DNA from: Phoronis australis
Lineage: Eukaryota; Animalia; Phoronida
NCBI GenBank assembly: GCA_002633005.1
Contig: NMRA01000526.1
Span: 239,417 to 303,416, forward strand
Reading direction: 5' to 3'
Length of the DNA stretch: 64,000 bases
Shown here: positions 40,201 through 51,984 of the stretch, one piece after another
How positions within the stretch are numbered: the stretch's first letter is position 1
How the letters are laid out: every line of letters starts with the position of its first letter
Program-made: the position numbers and the translations under genes
The notes under the pieces: generated by a model
Database searches by the model: none
Told to the model about the DNA's origin: nothing
Seen by the model: only the letters and a program-made list of their open reading frames with translations

Positions 40201-41992
40201 AATGTACAAATGAACATTATGGGTCTGATATCAAAATAGCGACCTTTGTGCGAAGTGCAAATCCCATGTCAGCCTTTTCAAGTTTAAAGTGGAACTTAAA
40301 ACTAATTCCTTATCTCTGTGACTGCTTGGTCAAATTAGTTAGAAACATAATACATAGTGACAATGCGAATTTGAAGTAAGTTGAAAATTGCCAAATGTTT
40401 TGAGAACGAGTTTTGTGTGGAAAAATCATTCAACCATGTCCAGTAAGTATCGTGACGTGGTGTTAGGGAATAACACTACATGATGCAGGCTATGTGAGCC
40501 CCCAAGGTAAGTCATAAGTGCAAAAGTTACCTATTTGCAGATTTTTTTGTTTCCACATTTACAAGTTGTCAGTGAATACAGCTGCACTTTAGCATAAATG
40601 ATGTTCAAATAGCATTGTCGTTTAGTTCATGCAATACATCAGCATAGTTAGGAGCATGAAAATACATCTTTAAAAGTCAATTGTATGTTTTCATAAATAT
40701 ATTTAGCATACCATACTGTAGCACGGGTATCAGGATGACAAACAATGGAAACTTGTTTGAAACCCCATTTTCATGGAGTACAGTGCTGCCATGCACTGGG
40801 TTAATTACCAGTCTATAGTTTATTGAGCTTTGCACTTATGAAAAAACTAGAAAGGGCCAACATAGGTTTTAGAGTGCATGGAAAATTCCGCAAAGAGACC
40901 AAAAACATCTTCAAAAGGGTAACATTCCCGTTCAGGTCCTCTTTCACTTTGTGCGCAGTCACCGTAAATCTATATTTGCATATTTTGTTATTTTGTTTAA
41001 AATAAGACAGTATATAACAAGAATTATACACTTCTGCCAGTAAAATTGTATATGTTTTAACACGATTTTGATCCTCAAAAGGTCAAAATTAATGATTAAT
41101 TTAATTAATAATCAGTAAAATGAAAACATTGTGCTTGGTTTCTGACCCCCCCCCCCCNGTAATAAACATTACAAAAAGAAGTAGGTTTCACGCGCAAACG
41201 CTGTGGACCATAAACAAGTAGGTCTTTTAGTATCTAAATATGAGTGAAATTCATGGTGGTGTAGTGGTAAAGCACGCGCGCTCTAAACGCCAGGTCCTGA
41301 GTTCGAGTCTGTGGTAAATGCAGTTTTTCAAGTTTGACACGTTGTCCATGTTTTTTATTTCTTAGCCTTTTTTTCTTGGATAATACTTCAGGAATCTAGG
41401 AAAATGCATGATTTTTTGAGGAAAAAACAGTTAAATTTTTCCTGGGCGGGAGGGGGGTTTTGCCCCCCTCCCGCCCTCACCCCATTCGGTGCTATGCGTA
41501 TCTAAAATCGTGCTTTGCGCAAAGGTTTACAGACAAAATGTTGCCCCCCCCCCTTGGCCTTGTGATATCCTAGATCCGCCACTGCGCTGATAGTACAGTT
41601 TCAAATCTCTGAATTGTTTTGTTGTGGCATGTTGTGATATTAGTTGATTAGGACTTTAACACCAGAGAACTTCAACAATTTGAAAGCTACCGCAAGAGTG
41701 TGTATCCATTTTACGTATTCATTTGAGGCAGTCCCCACGCCACAGTAATAAATCCGACTAAACCGTAGTCCGTACGCCTTCTGAACTTACAAGTGTTAGT
41801 GTTCGGAACCAGAGTCGCGGGTGCGACAGGCGCATAACTTAACCACAGACACAACAGGGGGATCGAAAATGAATCAGATTTTCAGTGAAAATGGATCTCT
41901 AAAAGTGAAACAATCTCTTTACCTTCACCGAAAGGCGGGAGTGGCGTCCCAACAGTTACAAACGTATCTTCGTCACTGTCGGATTCGGCCAT
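21964..41992 (-). CDS. GPATCH1: G patch domain-containing protein 1, 17 coding exons, ~881 aa
   Basis: Exons (minus): 41923-41992, 39760-39891, 39288-39373, 38138-38295, 37486-37589, 36648-36706, 36005-36211, 35191-35326 (dup 34092-34227), 32922-33146 (dup 31704-31928), 30560-30787, 29096-29283, 28282-28409, 26677-26819, 25169-25353, 23519-23675, 22845-22964, 21964-22283. All GT-AG, phases consistent, total 2646 nt. Hallmarks: [28 protein letters not shown]-patch [59 protein letters not shown], Lys-rich tail. Confidence 0.93.
22845..22964 (-). CDS. GPATCH1: GPATCH1 exon 16
   Basis: [11 protein letters not shown]. Confidence 0.8.
23519..23675 (-). CDS. GPATCH1: GPATCH1 exon 15
   Basis: [17 protein letters not shown]. 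Confidence 0.9.
25169..25353 (-). CDS. GPATCH1: GPATCH1 exon 14 (low-complexity linker)
   Basis: Open frame with AG/GT borders; phase 1->0 fits. Confidence 0.7.
26677..26819 (-). CDS. GPATCH1: GPATCH1 exon 13
   Basis: [20 protein letters not shown]. Confidence 0.82.
27017..27839. mobile_element. Non-autonomous PIF/Harbinger-type element (Tourist-like MITE), 823 bp, in a GPATCH1 intron
   Basis: TIRs GGGCTGTTCCAG(C/T)AAAA ... TTTTACTGGAACAGCCC; 3-bp TTA target duplication at 27014-27016 and 27840-27842. Confidence 0.85.
28282..28409 (-). CDS. GPATCH1: GPATCH1 exon 12
   Basis: [35 protein letters not shown] (not in the ORF track). Confidence 0.92.
28577..28745. repeat. Minisatellite, about 6 copies of a 28-bp unit
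   Basis: GAGCAAGCTGCCACTACACATCTCACTA repeated head-to-tail. Confidence 0.9.
29096..29283 (-). CDS. GPATCH1: GPATCH1 exon 11
   Basis: [31 protein letters not shown]. Confidence 0.9.
29918..30150 (+). mobile_element. tRNA-derived SINE
   Basis: A box TGGCCTAGTGG at 29926, B box GGTTCGAGTCC at 29969, non-tRNA body; related copy at 38950-39055. 3' end approximate. Confidence 0.7.
30560..30787 (-). CDS. GPATCH1: GPATCH1 exon 10
   Basis: [29 protein letters not shown]. Confidence 0.9.
31704..31928 (-). CDS. GPATCH1: GPATCH1 exon 9 duplicate (copy A)
   Basis: Differs from copy B by C/R and D/Y; single N at 32230. Confidence 0.65.
32009..32229 (+). mobile_element. Second copy (left part, cut by a gap) of the 27017-27839 MITE
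   Basis: Near-identical to 27017-27235 and preceded by TAA. Confidence 0.85.
32922..33146 (-). CDS. GPATCH1: GPATCH1 exon 9 (copy B)
   Basis: [32 protein letters not shown]. Confidence 0.85.
33211..33490. mobile_element. Older MITE with GGCC(A/T)AAA..GGTTCTGGTCTC-type TIRs
   Basis: AGGCCAAAAGGCATAACTGGTTCTGGTCTC vs GAGACCAGAACCAACTGTTTTTAGGCCT; similar ends recur at ~58952 and ~63233. Confidence 0.55.
34092..34227 (-). CDS. GPATCH1: GPATCH1 exon 8 duplicate (probably the second haplotype)
   Basis: Same peptide as 35191-35326; single N at 34577 between the copies. Confidence 0.6.
34286..34379. repeat. ~94-bp hairpin or miniature inverted repeat (duplicated at 35385-35478)
   Basis: AATAGGCGGATATAA..CATTTTGAGAACCA pairs with TGGTTCTCAAAATG..TTATATCCAACTATT. 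Confidence 0.7.
35191..35326 (-). CDS. GPATCH1: GPATCH1 exon 8 (copy B; identical copy at 34092-34227)
   Basis: [30 protein letters not shown]. Confidence 0.88.
36005..36211 (-). CDS. GPATCH1: GPATCH1 exon 7
   Basis: [27 protein letters not shown]. Confidence 0.9.
36648..36706 (-). CDS. GPATCH1: GPATCH1 exon 6
   Basis: [14 protein letters not shown]; phase 1->0 fits the neighbouring exons. Confidence 0.8.
36759..36915. mobile_element. Tc1/mariner(pogo)-type MITE
   Basis: TA|CAGTAAACGTTCGGGTTAACGCCC ... GGGCGTTAACCCGAACGTTTACGG|TA; internal GGGCGGTTAA repeats. Confidence 0.8.
37486..37589 (-). CDS. GPATCH1: GPATCH1 exon 5 (G-patch)
   Basis: [20 protein letters not shown]. Confidence 0.92.
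38138..38295 (-). CDS. GPATCH1: GPATCH1 exon 4
   Basis: [12 protein letters not shown]...; AG and GTAAG borders. Confidence 0.88.
38950..39055 (-). mobile_element. tRNA-derived SINE fragment, same family as 29918
   Basis: GCAGTGTGGCCTAGTG...GGTTCGAGTCCCACT..ACACTGCTA..CCTGAGT on the minus strand. Confidence 0.65.
39288..39373 (-). CDS. GPATCH1: GPATCH1 exon 3
   Basis: [23 protein letters not shown]. Confidence 0.9.
39760..39891 (-). CDS. GPATCH1: GPATCH1 exon 2 (DUF1604 region)
   Basis: [35 protein letters not shown]. Confidence 0.95.
41923..41992 (-). CDS. GPATCH1: GPATCH1 exon 1
   Basis: [25 protein letters not shown] donor, phase 1. Confidence 0.85.
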
Positions 41993-42385
41993 GTTTTGGT
42001 TTTCATGTAAATCTGCAGGACTAAGGTCCCAAACTATTGTTTTTAAATAATTGTTATTAGCCACGTTACGTTTACTTTGATGAGAGTAAAATTTAACTAT
42101 TTAATATTTATTGAATTAAGTATTATATTTGTTTTGAAATAACATTATTTTTAATACATTTGAATAATCTATATGTTGCATTCAAAACGTAAATGGGGTT
42201 AGCTTTGAATGAGACAAAAATCGGAAATAGGGCATTGCGCATGTTTCTAGAAGATGTCTGACGAGCAACAACAAAAGCAGTTTCGATCCGTTTCCTTTAA
42301 TTAGGAAGTTGCGAAAGAACATAACATGATCAAGACGCAATAAGTATGTCCTCAAGTTAAAGCGGGACGTTTAAATACTGCAAGA
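41993..42385. promoter_or_regulatory. Compact bidirectional promoter and 5' leaders of GPATCH1 and SOCS6
   Basis: Divergent ATGs 394 bp apart; AT-rich core ~42090-42180; CGGAAAT (ETS-like) and TGCGCATG (partial NRF1-like) at ~42222-42243. Confidence 0.55.
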
Positions 42386-43564
42386 ATGTCATTTCGTGGA
42401 CGATTTCGTGAGACTATCGAAAACATGTCGGATGAGGAGGATCGCTGCGAAGTTAACGCCAACGGTGGGCAAACAGTGGTCGATGTTTCAGATGGCAAAT
42501 CAAATATTGACTCGTCGTCAGAGGTGACGGAATTGCCTCTGAGAAAAAATTCTCGTGGACTCTTTGGAAGCTTAAAAAAGAAATTTGTCTCTAGTTTTCA
42601 TAAAAAGCGCCATACTTTTCATCATGACTCATCTTGCAGCTTGAACACGATCAGTGATTCATCTTGTGCTGAAAGCGAAATTAACCATGGTCGAACAAGA
42701 AAACGTGACAAAGCTTTTAAATTTATGAGCAGACTTAAGACTAAAAGCTCGAGCGACATATCATTTGGTGATTTTAAACATTCCAATAGTAAACGTCGTA
42801 GTGATCTTCATCAGGTGGTAGAGAACAGTTTGGACGATTCAGGTGATGCCATAAAAAATTCTCAAAGTCATCAAAATGGTCCTCCGTGTCCCAGAAATTG
42901 TTCCATACCTGCTCGTGCTAACAGAGATAGTGGACCAAAAGATGTTACAAACTGTACTAGAATGGCTGTCAGTAGTGAAAGGAGAGTGAATGATAGTTGC
43001 TATGGTTTCTACACCAAAATACCCCCCGTTTACGACCATGTTAAGACACTGTCAGATGAAGTATGGTGTCTCACTACGGAATTGTTGAAATTATCAAAAT
43101 TTGGTTGGTATTGGGGGCCCATTTCGAGAATGGAAGCGGAGGAAAAATTGGCGAATCAAGAGGATGGAACATTTTTGGTGCGAGATAGCTCTGATGAGAG
43201 ATATCTCCTGAGCCTGAGTTTTCGATCATCTGGTAAAACACTTCACACACGAGTTGAGCACTGCAATGGAGTATTCAGCTTCTATGCTCAGCCAGAATCC
43301 GAAGGCTATTCATCCATTGTAGATTTAATTGAGAATTCGATGATTGATTCCAAGCGGGGCATATTTTGTTACTCACGTTCGCGCTATCCAGGATCGCCAG
43401 CATTTCCAGTTCGTCTCTCAAAGCCGATGTCAAGATTTGCCCAAGTTCGCTCTCTACAATATCTGTGTCGCTTTGTTATCCGACAAGCCACTCGTCTCGA
43501 TCATATCCAAAGCTTGCCACTGCCGACTAGCATAAAAGGCTGGTTAACCGAGAACCATTACTAA
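42386..43564 (+). CDS. SOCS6: Suppressor of cytokine signalling 6 (SH2 + SOCS box), single coding exon, 392 aa
   Basis: GWYWGPISRMEAEEKLANQEDGTFLVRDSSDERYLLSLSFRSSGKTLHTRVEH..FSFY..SIVDLIE..FCYSRSR.PGS...PVRL..P.SRF.QVRSLQYLCRFVIRQ..LPLP..L.E.HY closely matches vertebrate SOCS6 rather than SOCS7. Confidence 0.93.
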   Translation: MSFRGRFRETIENMSDEEDRCEVNANGGQTVVDVSDGKSNIDSSSEVTELPLRKNSRGLFGSLKKKFVSSFHKKRHTFHHDSSCSLNTISDSSCAESEINHGRTRKRDKAFKFMSRLKTKSSSDISFGDFKHSNSKRRSDLHQVVENSLDDSGDAIKNSQSHQNGPPCPRNCSIPARANRDSGPKDVTNCTRMAVSSERRVNDSCYGFYTKIPPVYDHVKTLSDEVWCLTTELLKLSKFGWYWGPISRMEAEEKLANQEDGTFLVRDSSDERYLLSLSFRSSGKTLHTRVEHCNGVFSFYAQPESEGYSSIVDLIENSMIDSKRGIFCYSRSRYPGSPAFPVRLSKPMSRFAQVRSLQYLCRFVIRQATRLDHIQSLPLPTSIKGWLTENHY

Positions 43565-46500
43565 AATTGTGTAGGATTTTTGCCTTCAATGCGATTATGT
43601 AAAATTTGTTTTTCAGGAAAATCCCTTCCTGTCCATCTTTGCAGTTGGACCATAATAAAAATGCTTCAGTTTGGGACACAATATGGCTTACAGATGAAAT
43701 TTTTATTTTATCAAATTTCTCATTAAAAGTGAGTTTCCAGGAAAATTGACGTCTTTTAAGCATGGTTGGTGTGCTTAAGCTGTCACCAAACAAAAATTGG
43801 TAAACGTTTGAGCATCTGTTATGATGTAGTAAGCCTCAGCAAATAGAAAAATGACTACTTGGCAATTAGTTTTGTTCCAAATTGAATTTTTTGACCATGA
43901 TATGGAAATAATAATGAGGTTTTACGAAGTGCAACAACTGTGCTGAGTTATCTAGTGGCTTCATCATACTTATGCATGAAAATGTGTGGACAAAGAGTTA
44001 AGAGTTTTTGTTGTGTGAACTTACATGAAAGACTTCTGTGTGAACGTGAAAGACCATGTGAATCCTTGGCATCAACTTCTATGCTGTGTTCACTACATGG
44101 CCACTTTTGCACCACAGCCTATCGTATTGATCCACCTGTTTGCTTACCAATGTTTCAATTGATGCAACCAGCTTCAGCACATGACAAAAGTTATTGACAT
44201 GATACCATTTCGCTATCGTGACGTCTAATTCTGTCTACAGCAGAATGACTGGTACAGTAATGACCATTATGATGTCAAAATTCTAATTACAGAATGGCTT
44301 AGCTACCTTAGTTTCCTATGAATTCCACATCATTGTCGTTCATAAGGGAAAGGTACTCTAACAATAAATTTGATTTCCTCCCAACTGTTATGACCGAGAA
44401 TTCTGGGTCATTTTGTCAGAATACTTTTGTCATTTACTATACGTCAAGCTGAACCTTTACACTAGAACAAGTCTCTCCTGGAAAAACTTACTCCCAATAT
44501 CAGTGTAATGTTAACAGCACGTTAGGCTTGACATTTAAGATTAACATTCGTTCATTTGTGTCTAGATCCGTTATTGGAGGAATATGTCAACCAAGGTGGT
44601 GTGATCTCGGGGGGAGGGGTTTTCTATAAAGATCTGCTGGCAGATCCGGCTTTTATTAAATAATTATATGGTGTGTGTGTACATGCTTGGTCTGCAGGGA
44701 CTTCTTCTATATTGTGCTATGATTTTCATTTCAATTCACTTGTGGACATTTTACAGGATTTTCCACATAGAGCACTTGTTAGGCAATACAAGTTATACAT
44801 TAAGCTTAATAGCATGTTTTTAAATGGATGGCAGGTTTTAAAACAACAATTTTGTTAGAGTGTGCAAATTTTTATTTTTGCTTACATATGCATTTTTCTG
44901 TTTACAAAACCTGGCTTTTGTCTGGCTATGTTTATGCACGTTAGTCAGTTGATGTTTTTACTTTCTGGGACCTGGACAGGCATATTTTTGTAACTGTAGA
45001 AAAATGTCTTATACTCTGTTGGACTTGTTATCTTTTTAGTGTCCAGAATCAAAGAAATTTTATGTTAAGCTTTAAAAATATGTGGTAATGTACGTGGTTT
45101 GGTTTGGTTAATGCAAGATCGCTTTTCAGAGAAAATGTGACAATCCAACAATCCAGTAATGAACATTTCCTTACAAAAAGTGTTACATGCACTCTTCTCA
45201 TGTGTTGGAAGTTGTTTAGTAAGACACAGATTTTGAGAGGGTTCAAATTTATTTGTAAGTTGCTGCTATGAAAAGAATTCAAGGGCTCCTATGTTTGTTC
45301 CTTACCAGATCACCTGGTCATGATCACGGATATACCGTGCAAACTCCCTCTTGAATTGTTCGTTGCCAGTCCGGGTTTCAGCCTCTGGACTGAAAAGCTT
45401 TTCTCAGCTTTTGCAGATACTCGTCACTTCATTTTAGGTATCTGAGCTTGTTTCATTTTTAGAGCGTACTTCTCATACCCAATGTACATAAGAACCTCTC
45501 ATACACTATGTATGAACTATCCCTAAGAAAAGTAGTCAACTGCCTTGAACTCCAGTTGGCTGAAATCATGTCAGATGTGATGTGTGGTTCTCAGTCTCGC
45601 CACTGCTGGGATTATTTTGAAAACAAAAATGTGGCTATGAGTCAATTGCCCCACATGGCCTTAGATCCATGGGGTAATTTCAGGACCTGTAGTTCACGTT
45701 AGTCAAATATCTGCTCGTTGTTCATTTGATTTTTTTAGTTGTGGCATTTAAATATGCCCGATTTTGTCCATTACCCACTTAGTGATTGGTCTGAGCTGCT
45801 AACTGCAATTTTACTTAACACATAAAAAATCCACTATTTGGAACTGCATTTTCACAATATGCTACATCTCATGTTACTAAAATTGTTTTAATCAGCTGCT
45901 CTACATTGTAGTTGTTTTTCTGAATGCAATGTGTATTCAATACAAAATTTGGCAAAATTGTGACAGTTTTGGTGCGCCCGATGGCCCCAGTTAAGCAATC
46001 ATAGTGTGTCGATGAAATATTTATGCGCCACTGATGCTGTGCTAGTGTAAAATTATCCCTGCACTTCCAGGTGCTCGTCAATCACCAGCTGCCCTGTGAT
46101 TGGAGTACTGTGGAAATCCCTGTCTTACATGGTGTGAGTGTAATAGATGTGCTCTAAAAATTGAGATGAGTTCCCTTACTATTGGTAAGAGAACATATTT
46201 TTAATGCAAATCAGTTTAGCCTGCCCAAAACTTATCACCAATTGTGCAGTTTCAATATGACTGCTCGCCACTTTGTGTATTTTTCTTCCGAAAGGCGAAG
46301 CACCTCTCTTTATCTGGTATTACAAGACAAAGATGTAGCACATTTCCCTTATATGGAAAATGTGACCTTTGACCTCAAGGGACTCCAAGCAACTGACTGA
46401 GGGCGCAAGTGGGAGGCAGATTAGAAACTCTGTGGTAACCACAGAGTTGTGAGATGGTACTTTCATCAGGAATTGTTTAAAGATGTTTTGACGAGCTTTG

Positions 46501-49500
46501 GCGTTCCACGCCTCTTTAAGTTGTAGTTTTGTGCATGTGGATGATTTGTTTTTCAGATAATTGATTTTAAGTGTATGAAGTCTGTTTTTTTCTGTATTTT
46601 GATAAGCATAATCGTATAAAATAGGTATCGTAGCTTTCTGAATTGCTGATGTCACAGGTTTGGAGTTGTCCAGTGGCTGTTGTAGGTAGATTGCAGCTAA
46701 GATAGGACAGGCTATGTTTCACACGAGGCAATATGTTATCATGTCGTGTTCAGCATTCCTCAATCCCATTTAGCCGTGTTACTGCTGCTGAGGCTAAATG
46801 CAGTTGACTAAAATTAGGACATCCAGTTTTGTGTTTGTGACAAGAGTTTCAGATTTAAATCCTAAATGGTAGACTTCCATGGCTCCCTAACCAGGGGTTT
46901 CTGCAATCGTTCAGTCCACCAGTGGGGGTTTCTTTTGGAAATGAGTTCAAGTGTGCCACTTTAAAAATCCAGGACCCAGTACCGAGAGAATACCAAGTGA
47001 TGGAAAACGTACCTAACCCTTAGCCCTCCCCCCATTTGGGAGAAAACTAAATTGTACACCCTTGACGATACCATGAAGCTATATTTCCCACTGGAGCTGA
47101 GGTCATATGTGAGATGACAAAATCCCCGCCCTCTTCAAAGTACTTGTCAAAGATTCAAACAAAAAAGTGGAAACTTCCAGAAGATGGGTGTGGTTCCTCG
47201 TTAAGGTCGCTGTATGTCTGAATGGGTACCAATGGTGTTTTTCTTGTATGTAAACTGTGTAAATAGCTTATTGATGTGATTTAATGGTTATGAATTCGTT
47301 GTAAATATTTTGCGGCTTATGTCTACTTCTTATATACGCCTTTTGTAATTTTTGAGTTATTTTTATGACTGCCTAAATAGTACACATGTTGGTATTCTTG
47401 TTTTTGCTGCTTGTTACTATAATTATAAAGTTCATGTCACTGCCAATTTGCTTTGCACCAATAAAGAAAAATACACAATCGGCTGCGTATTGCATATGTT
47501 TGGTTACAGGGAGCTCCGAGTTCCCTACGCTGTACACCTAGCTCATGACGGCCGTGTCTGATCATAAAGGTAACCCCCGAGGGACGCATGCGGAAACTTT
47601 GCTGGCAACACAACTTGGGCCATTGTCGCGAGAATGTTCAAATTTGAACATTATATTTATTAGTCTACGGTATTGAGGGGTAACCATAACGTGACCAGAT
47701 AATGATGATGGGAACTCCCTATTTCCTTGCTACAACTTTAACGAAATTATGTTTTGCTACTATACTGCTTCTCACTAAAATTGTGATGCACAAGAAATTC
47801 ACAGACGAAATCTAAGACGTTTATGTGTTCAGCCAGGATGACAACGGTTGCCGGCAACAAAGCGGCAAACCTGCGTTCCTCCAAAAACTTTTTGATTTAG
47901 ATTTCACAGTCATTTAGCGCCATAAAACTGATCACAATATGCTCTTAACTTCGAACGAGACATAGTATCTGCTTTCCAAGTGACCGTTTTGGCCAAATAC
48001 TTGGCACACATGAGCCGCCGTGACAACTGAAATCAACTGCGGATGCCTGAGTCGAGTTTATCTGTCCCACGGCGAGAAAAATCTAGCCATGAAAATGCTC
48101 GGCGGAATTTCTCGAGATCTTGTTTTTTTAGTCAGTTACGCCGAGAGTTATTCTATTCAACCCGGGTCTCCAGCAAACTGGGCAGTTGGCATCCAAGCCT
48201 AGAAATCAATTCACACTGACTGAAGAACACGGACACCTGACTGCACAGTATGGTCTAAATAAAAATTTAGTTTCTGTCACCGAATGCAAATTTATCGCTT
48301 TAAAATATCTTTCGCAATGACTGTTTTTGTCAACTACATGTTGAAATCGTTATCTGCCGTAATCTAGAGCCCCAGTGCACGGTGTGTGGACCTGTACTAC
48401 GTCTTTGGACTGGTCATGAGGAGTGCGGTGTCGTCATGAGCAAAATCGGCAAGAATTCCCCGAAAAGACGTACTTTAGGAGATCTTTTATCTCTTTACAC
48501 GTGACTTTTTGCAATGAAACTGTTGGCACACTCAGTGGAAGAGTCACCTTAATTACATTAATAGGGTCACTATTACTATACTGACTAAGCTCAAAAGATT
48601 TCATCGATTGTTTACACAATATTTTTTTACATTTGTTCTTGTTTGTCTAAATTTTTGTGTTTGTGTACCACCATGTAACGCGCCCAGCCCGGCCCTATAG
48701 ACCCTATTCACGCCAACAGGAGGCGCGTTCCAAAACGAGGCTCGCTACGATAGCTCTGTCAGCTTATCGGCATAGGAGTCTGTGTTTCAGTCCGTGTTGT
48801 TCCCCGAACGGCCAGAAAAAATACGGACACGCTTCACAATCTCTAAAGACGTTTAGATTCGGAAGCGTTGGGTCGTTGCCATACGCCGACGAAGCAAAAT
48901 ATGTAGGTGTAAAATAAATGTTTTCGAAAAGTTATATCATATTTTGTCGCGTCTCGGTCAGTTGTCAAGCATCATAGTAACGACCGGAGAATGGGCCAGC
49001 CAGGTTATATTTTCATGACAACGGAATTAGGGGGGGGGGGGCTAAAATTGTATCAGATCCCATTTTTGAGTTCGGGTGCGAATTGCTGANNNNNNNNNNN
49101 NNNNNNNNNNNNNNNNNNNNNNNNNNNNNNNNNNNNNNNNNNNNNNNNNNNNNNNNNNNNNNNNNNNNNNNNNNNNNNNNNNNNNNNNNNNNNNNNNNNN
49201 NNNNNNNNNNNNNNNNNNNNNNNNNNNNNNNNNNNNNNNNNNNNNNNNNNNNNNNNNNNNNNNNNNNNNNNNNNNNNNNNNNNNNNNNNAAAAAAGTAAC
49301 CCTGCATTCAGCATAATACCTAATCCGTAACACTACGATCGCCGCAATTTGGTCATATTTACTTTTCATGTTTCGAACCTAGTTTTCCGAAAAAAATTAA
49401 ACCCTTTCGTCAGACAACTCTTTGACGCCTTAACTTGTTCTCTAATGTAATTTTCTACGTCTGTGTGGTTTAATTGTTGTCACATTATTAAAATTCAATG

Positions 49501-51984
49501 TCCAGGTTGGACTCGAAAGACCGGCTATTTAACTCACGCAATGTCTACTTTCGCTTTGTTTATCGCAGTGAGCCTCGCTTTGGATTTTAATGTCCGCCGC
49601 GTGAATAGAGTCTATGGTGCGCCGCCCATGAAAATGCCATGTATTTTGTATATACAGTCTTTCAATTCCAAGCGCAGATGGGATTGGGATTTGTTAAATA
49701 TTTGCCCCTAATGGACTGCAGGCCCGTAGCGAGGGCCCGTGCTCAGGGGATTCGATCGAACCCCCCCCCCCTCGTCCAGCTCTAGCCTATCCGATATGAT
49801 AAGATATAGATGGGCAACAACAACAATTGTTGCAGCTACCTGTAACCCCAATCAAAACGAAGTTAAAGATGCTACATGACGGCGTCATCTCCCCGTTCAG
49901 TAACTTTACCAGACGTAGATGGTTGTGATAGCGTGTGACAACATCTAGCTCTTTTGTAAACTGCCGAGCAGTCTTTTGTCAGGTATGACAACAGGTAGGC
50001 CAATTATCTACCAGGCTTATTGCAGACCAGGTGTGAATACAGTCAAACCCAGAACGAATTGGTACATTCGGAAAGGATAGATTGTCGTATAGTAACTTCG
50101 GTTGTAGTTGGGCGATTTTGGTGATTCAAATACTAAACATGATCACCATTTGACGAGGAATTCAGAAGTGCTCTTGGTTTATGTTCAAATATGTTATAAC
50201 TTAACTTTTATTTTTAACAACACAGCCCAGTCAGGCTAGATACGATCTTATTGGAGATTAGAGCAATTATCAAACAAAAGAGAACTGGCACTCCAACCAT
50301 CAATGCCAGAATGGAGTTAATCAGTCGGGTAAAGATATTGGCTACAGGGGTCATCTTCCCAACTTGTTATTGGGCTGTAGAATCGAACAAATTGGTTGCA
50401 ACGGGAAAACGCCGTAATGCTTTATTTATGGACCACATTACACCAGAAATTTGAGTCCCGTTCTTTGCGACCAACCGTCACGGCATCGTCCTTTCTGGTA
50501 TTACGAATTCCGTCTTATCTCAGGAACATGGAAGTGAGAGCCATCGTTACCGTGCAAGCAGATTTCCCTTCCCCATAATTAAGCTGTGTTTTCCGTAAGG
50601 CCCTGAGACGTTTGCAACATATCAAGGGTCCTCCTTTCTCAGCAGCAATTCGAACCACCTCATGCAATGCTGTGCACGGACCTGCAAAGTTTTCTGTTCG
50701 TCAGTTTTAGTTTTCCGGACATTTATCTTCTAACCGTCAAAGTTCAATTGACACGCAATGGATTTGGGGGCGATGTCATTAGATTCTTGAATAATTCCAG
50801 TAGTAGATTAATCCACTTTTGACGTAGGCAGCCGTTTAACGTTTGGCACGGCAATGTTATTTTCGATTCTAATGGGTCTCCGCCAGATTTCATTCCGATA
50901 TGCGTGAACGCTCACATGAATCTCAAACCTTTTCCGCGGAAAAGTTTGTATCCGATCCTTCAGTACTTTACAATGTCGTTTGAGTACCTCATTGTAACGG
51001 TGTTGTCGAGGGTCGAGTAACAATTCTGCCACATCTAAAAACAGTAAGAACGCTGTGTTGTCTAAGGGAACGTACTGCTATCCATGCGCGCACCCATCCT
51101 AAAGTATAGGGGGCTCGAATTTCTCGGTATGCGGACTGAAAAAATCAACAAGGACTAAAAGATCAAAAACGGGGCCACTATAGGTTCAGGCCTACGAATT
51201 GTGCATCCGTACCGAATTCCTGTGGACTTTGTTTGCTTTTGTGTCGTTTGCTCGGACGTTTTGTTTCATTGAGGCGGACCTTTTTACCCTATTCGCCAAA
51301 TTGGTGCGCCCATGCTATCATCTTATTAAACTTGACTCAGGTGTCTAACTTCCCTGTTGTTTTCAAAGCATCGATCACGCGTGGTGTGAGATCACATATT
51401 TCTGTTATTGCAATGCATTCTCGTGTTAAATCTAGCTGTCTCTACATTTCTTTCGAACTCTTTTCGCTCGGCGTATTCTTCACCTTTGCCTTCTCGTTCT
51501 ACTTTTGACTTCTTCATCAATGGACTCTTCTGACCAAACTCTTTTCCTCTTATAGATATCTTTCACTTGAACTGGTTTCGCAGCCCTCCTCCAAAACAGT
51601 GTTGGGAATGCACCCATATTTTTACTCTGAAACATTCTAGACCGTTGTGTTCCTGCAGAGCTAGATACCTAATCCTTAGTACTTGATCGTCGTGATCTGC
51701 CACATCGTGGCCAATTACTTCTGCAAAGTGATCTGTGCCAGCACAGAAGTAACAGCTCTTGAAGTTGGTTGATTGGAATTTTTTTAATGTTTTTACATCG
51801 ATTTCGCTATAGAATCGAGCAAGTTGGGAGCAACGGGAAAACGCCGTAATGTGTATTCTTGCCGTTACTCATTGACAAGACTTGGCGCACTTTCAGCCAA
51901 ACAAGATACACCTGCAGATCACGCATGCCTTGGGTTGCTTTGGATAAAGCGCTTAACGGCCAGTGGCATGTCTAGCCTTTCCGT

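Noticed and set aside
49013-49369. ORFs containing X runs (also 57128-57319 and 59907-60450)
   Set aside because: Artefacts of assembly gaps.
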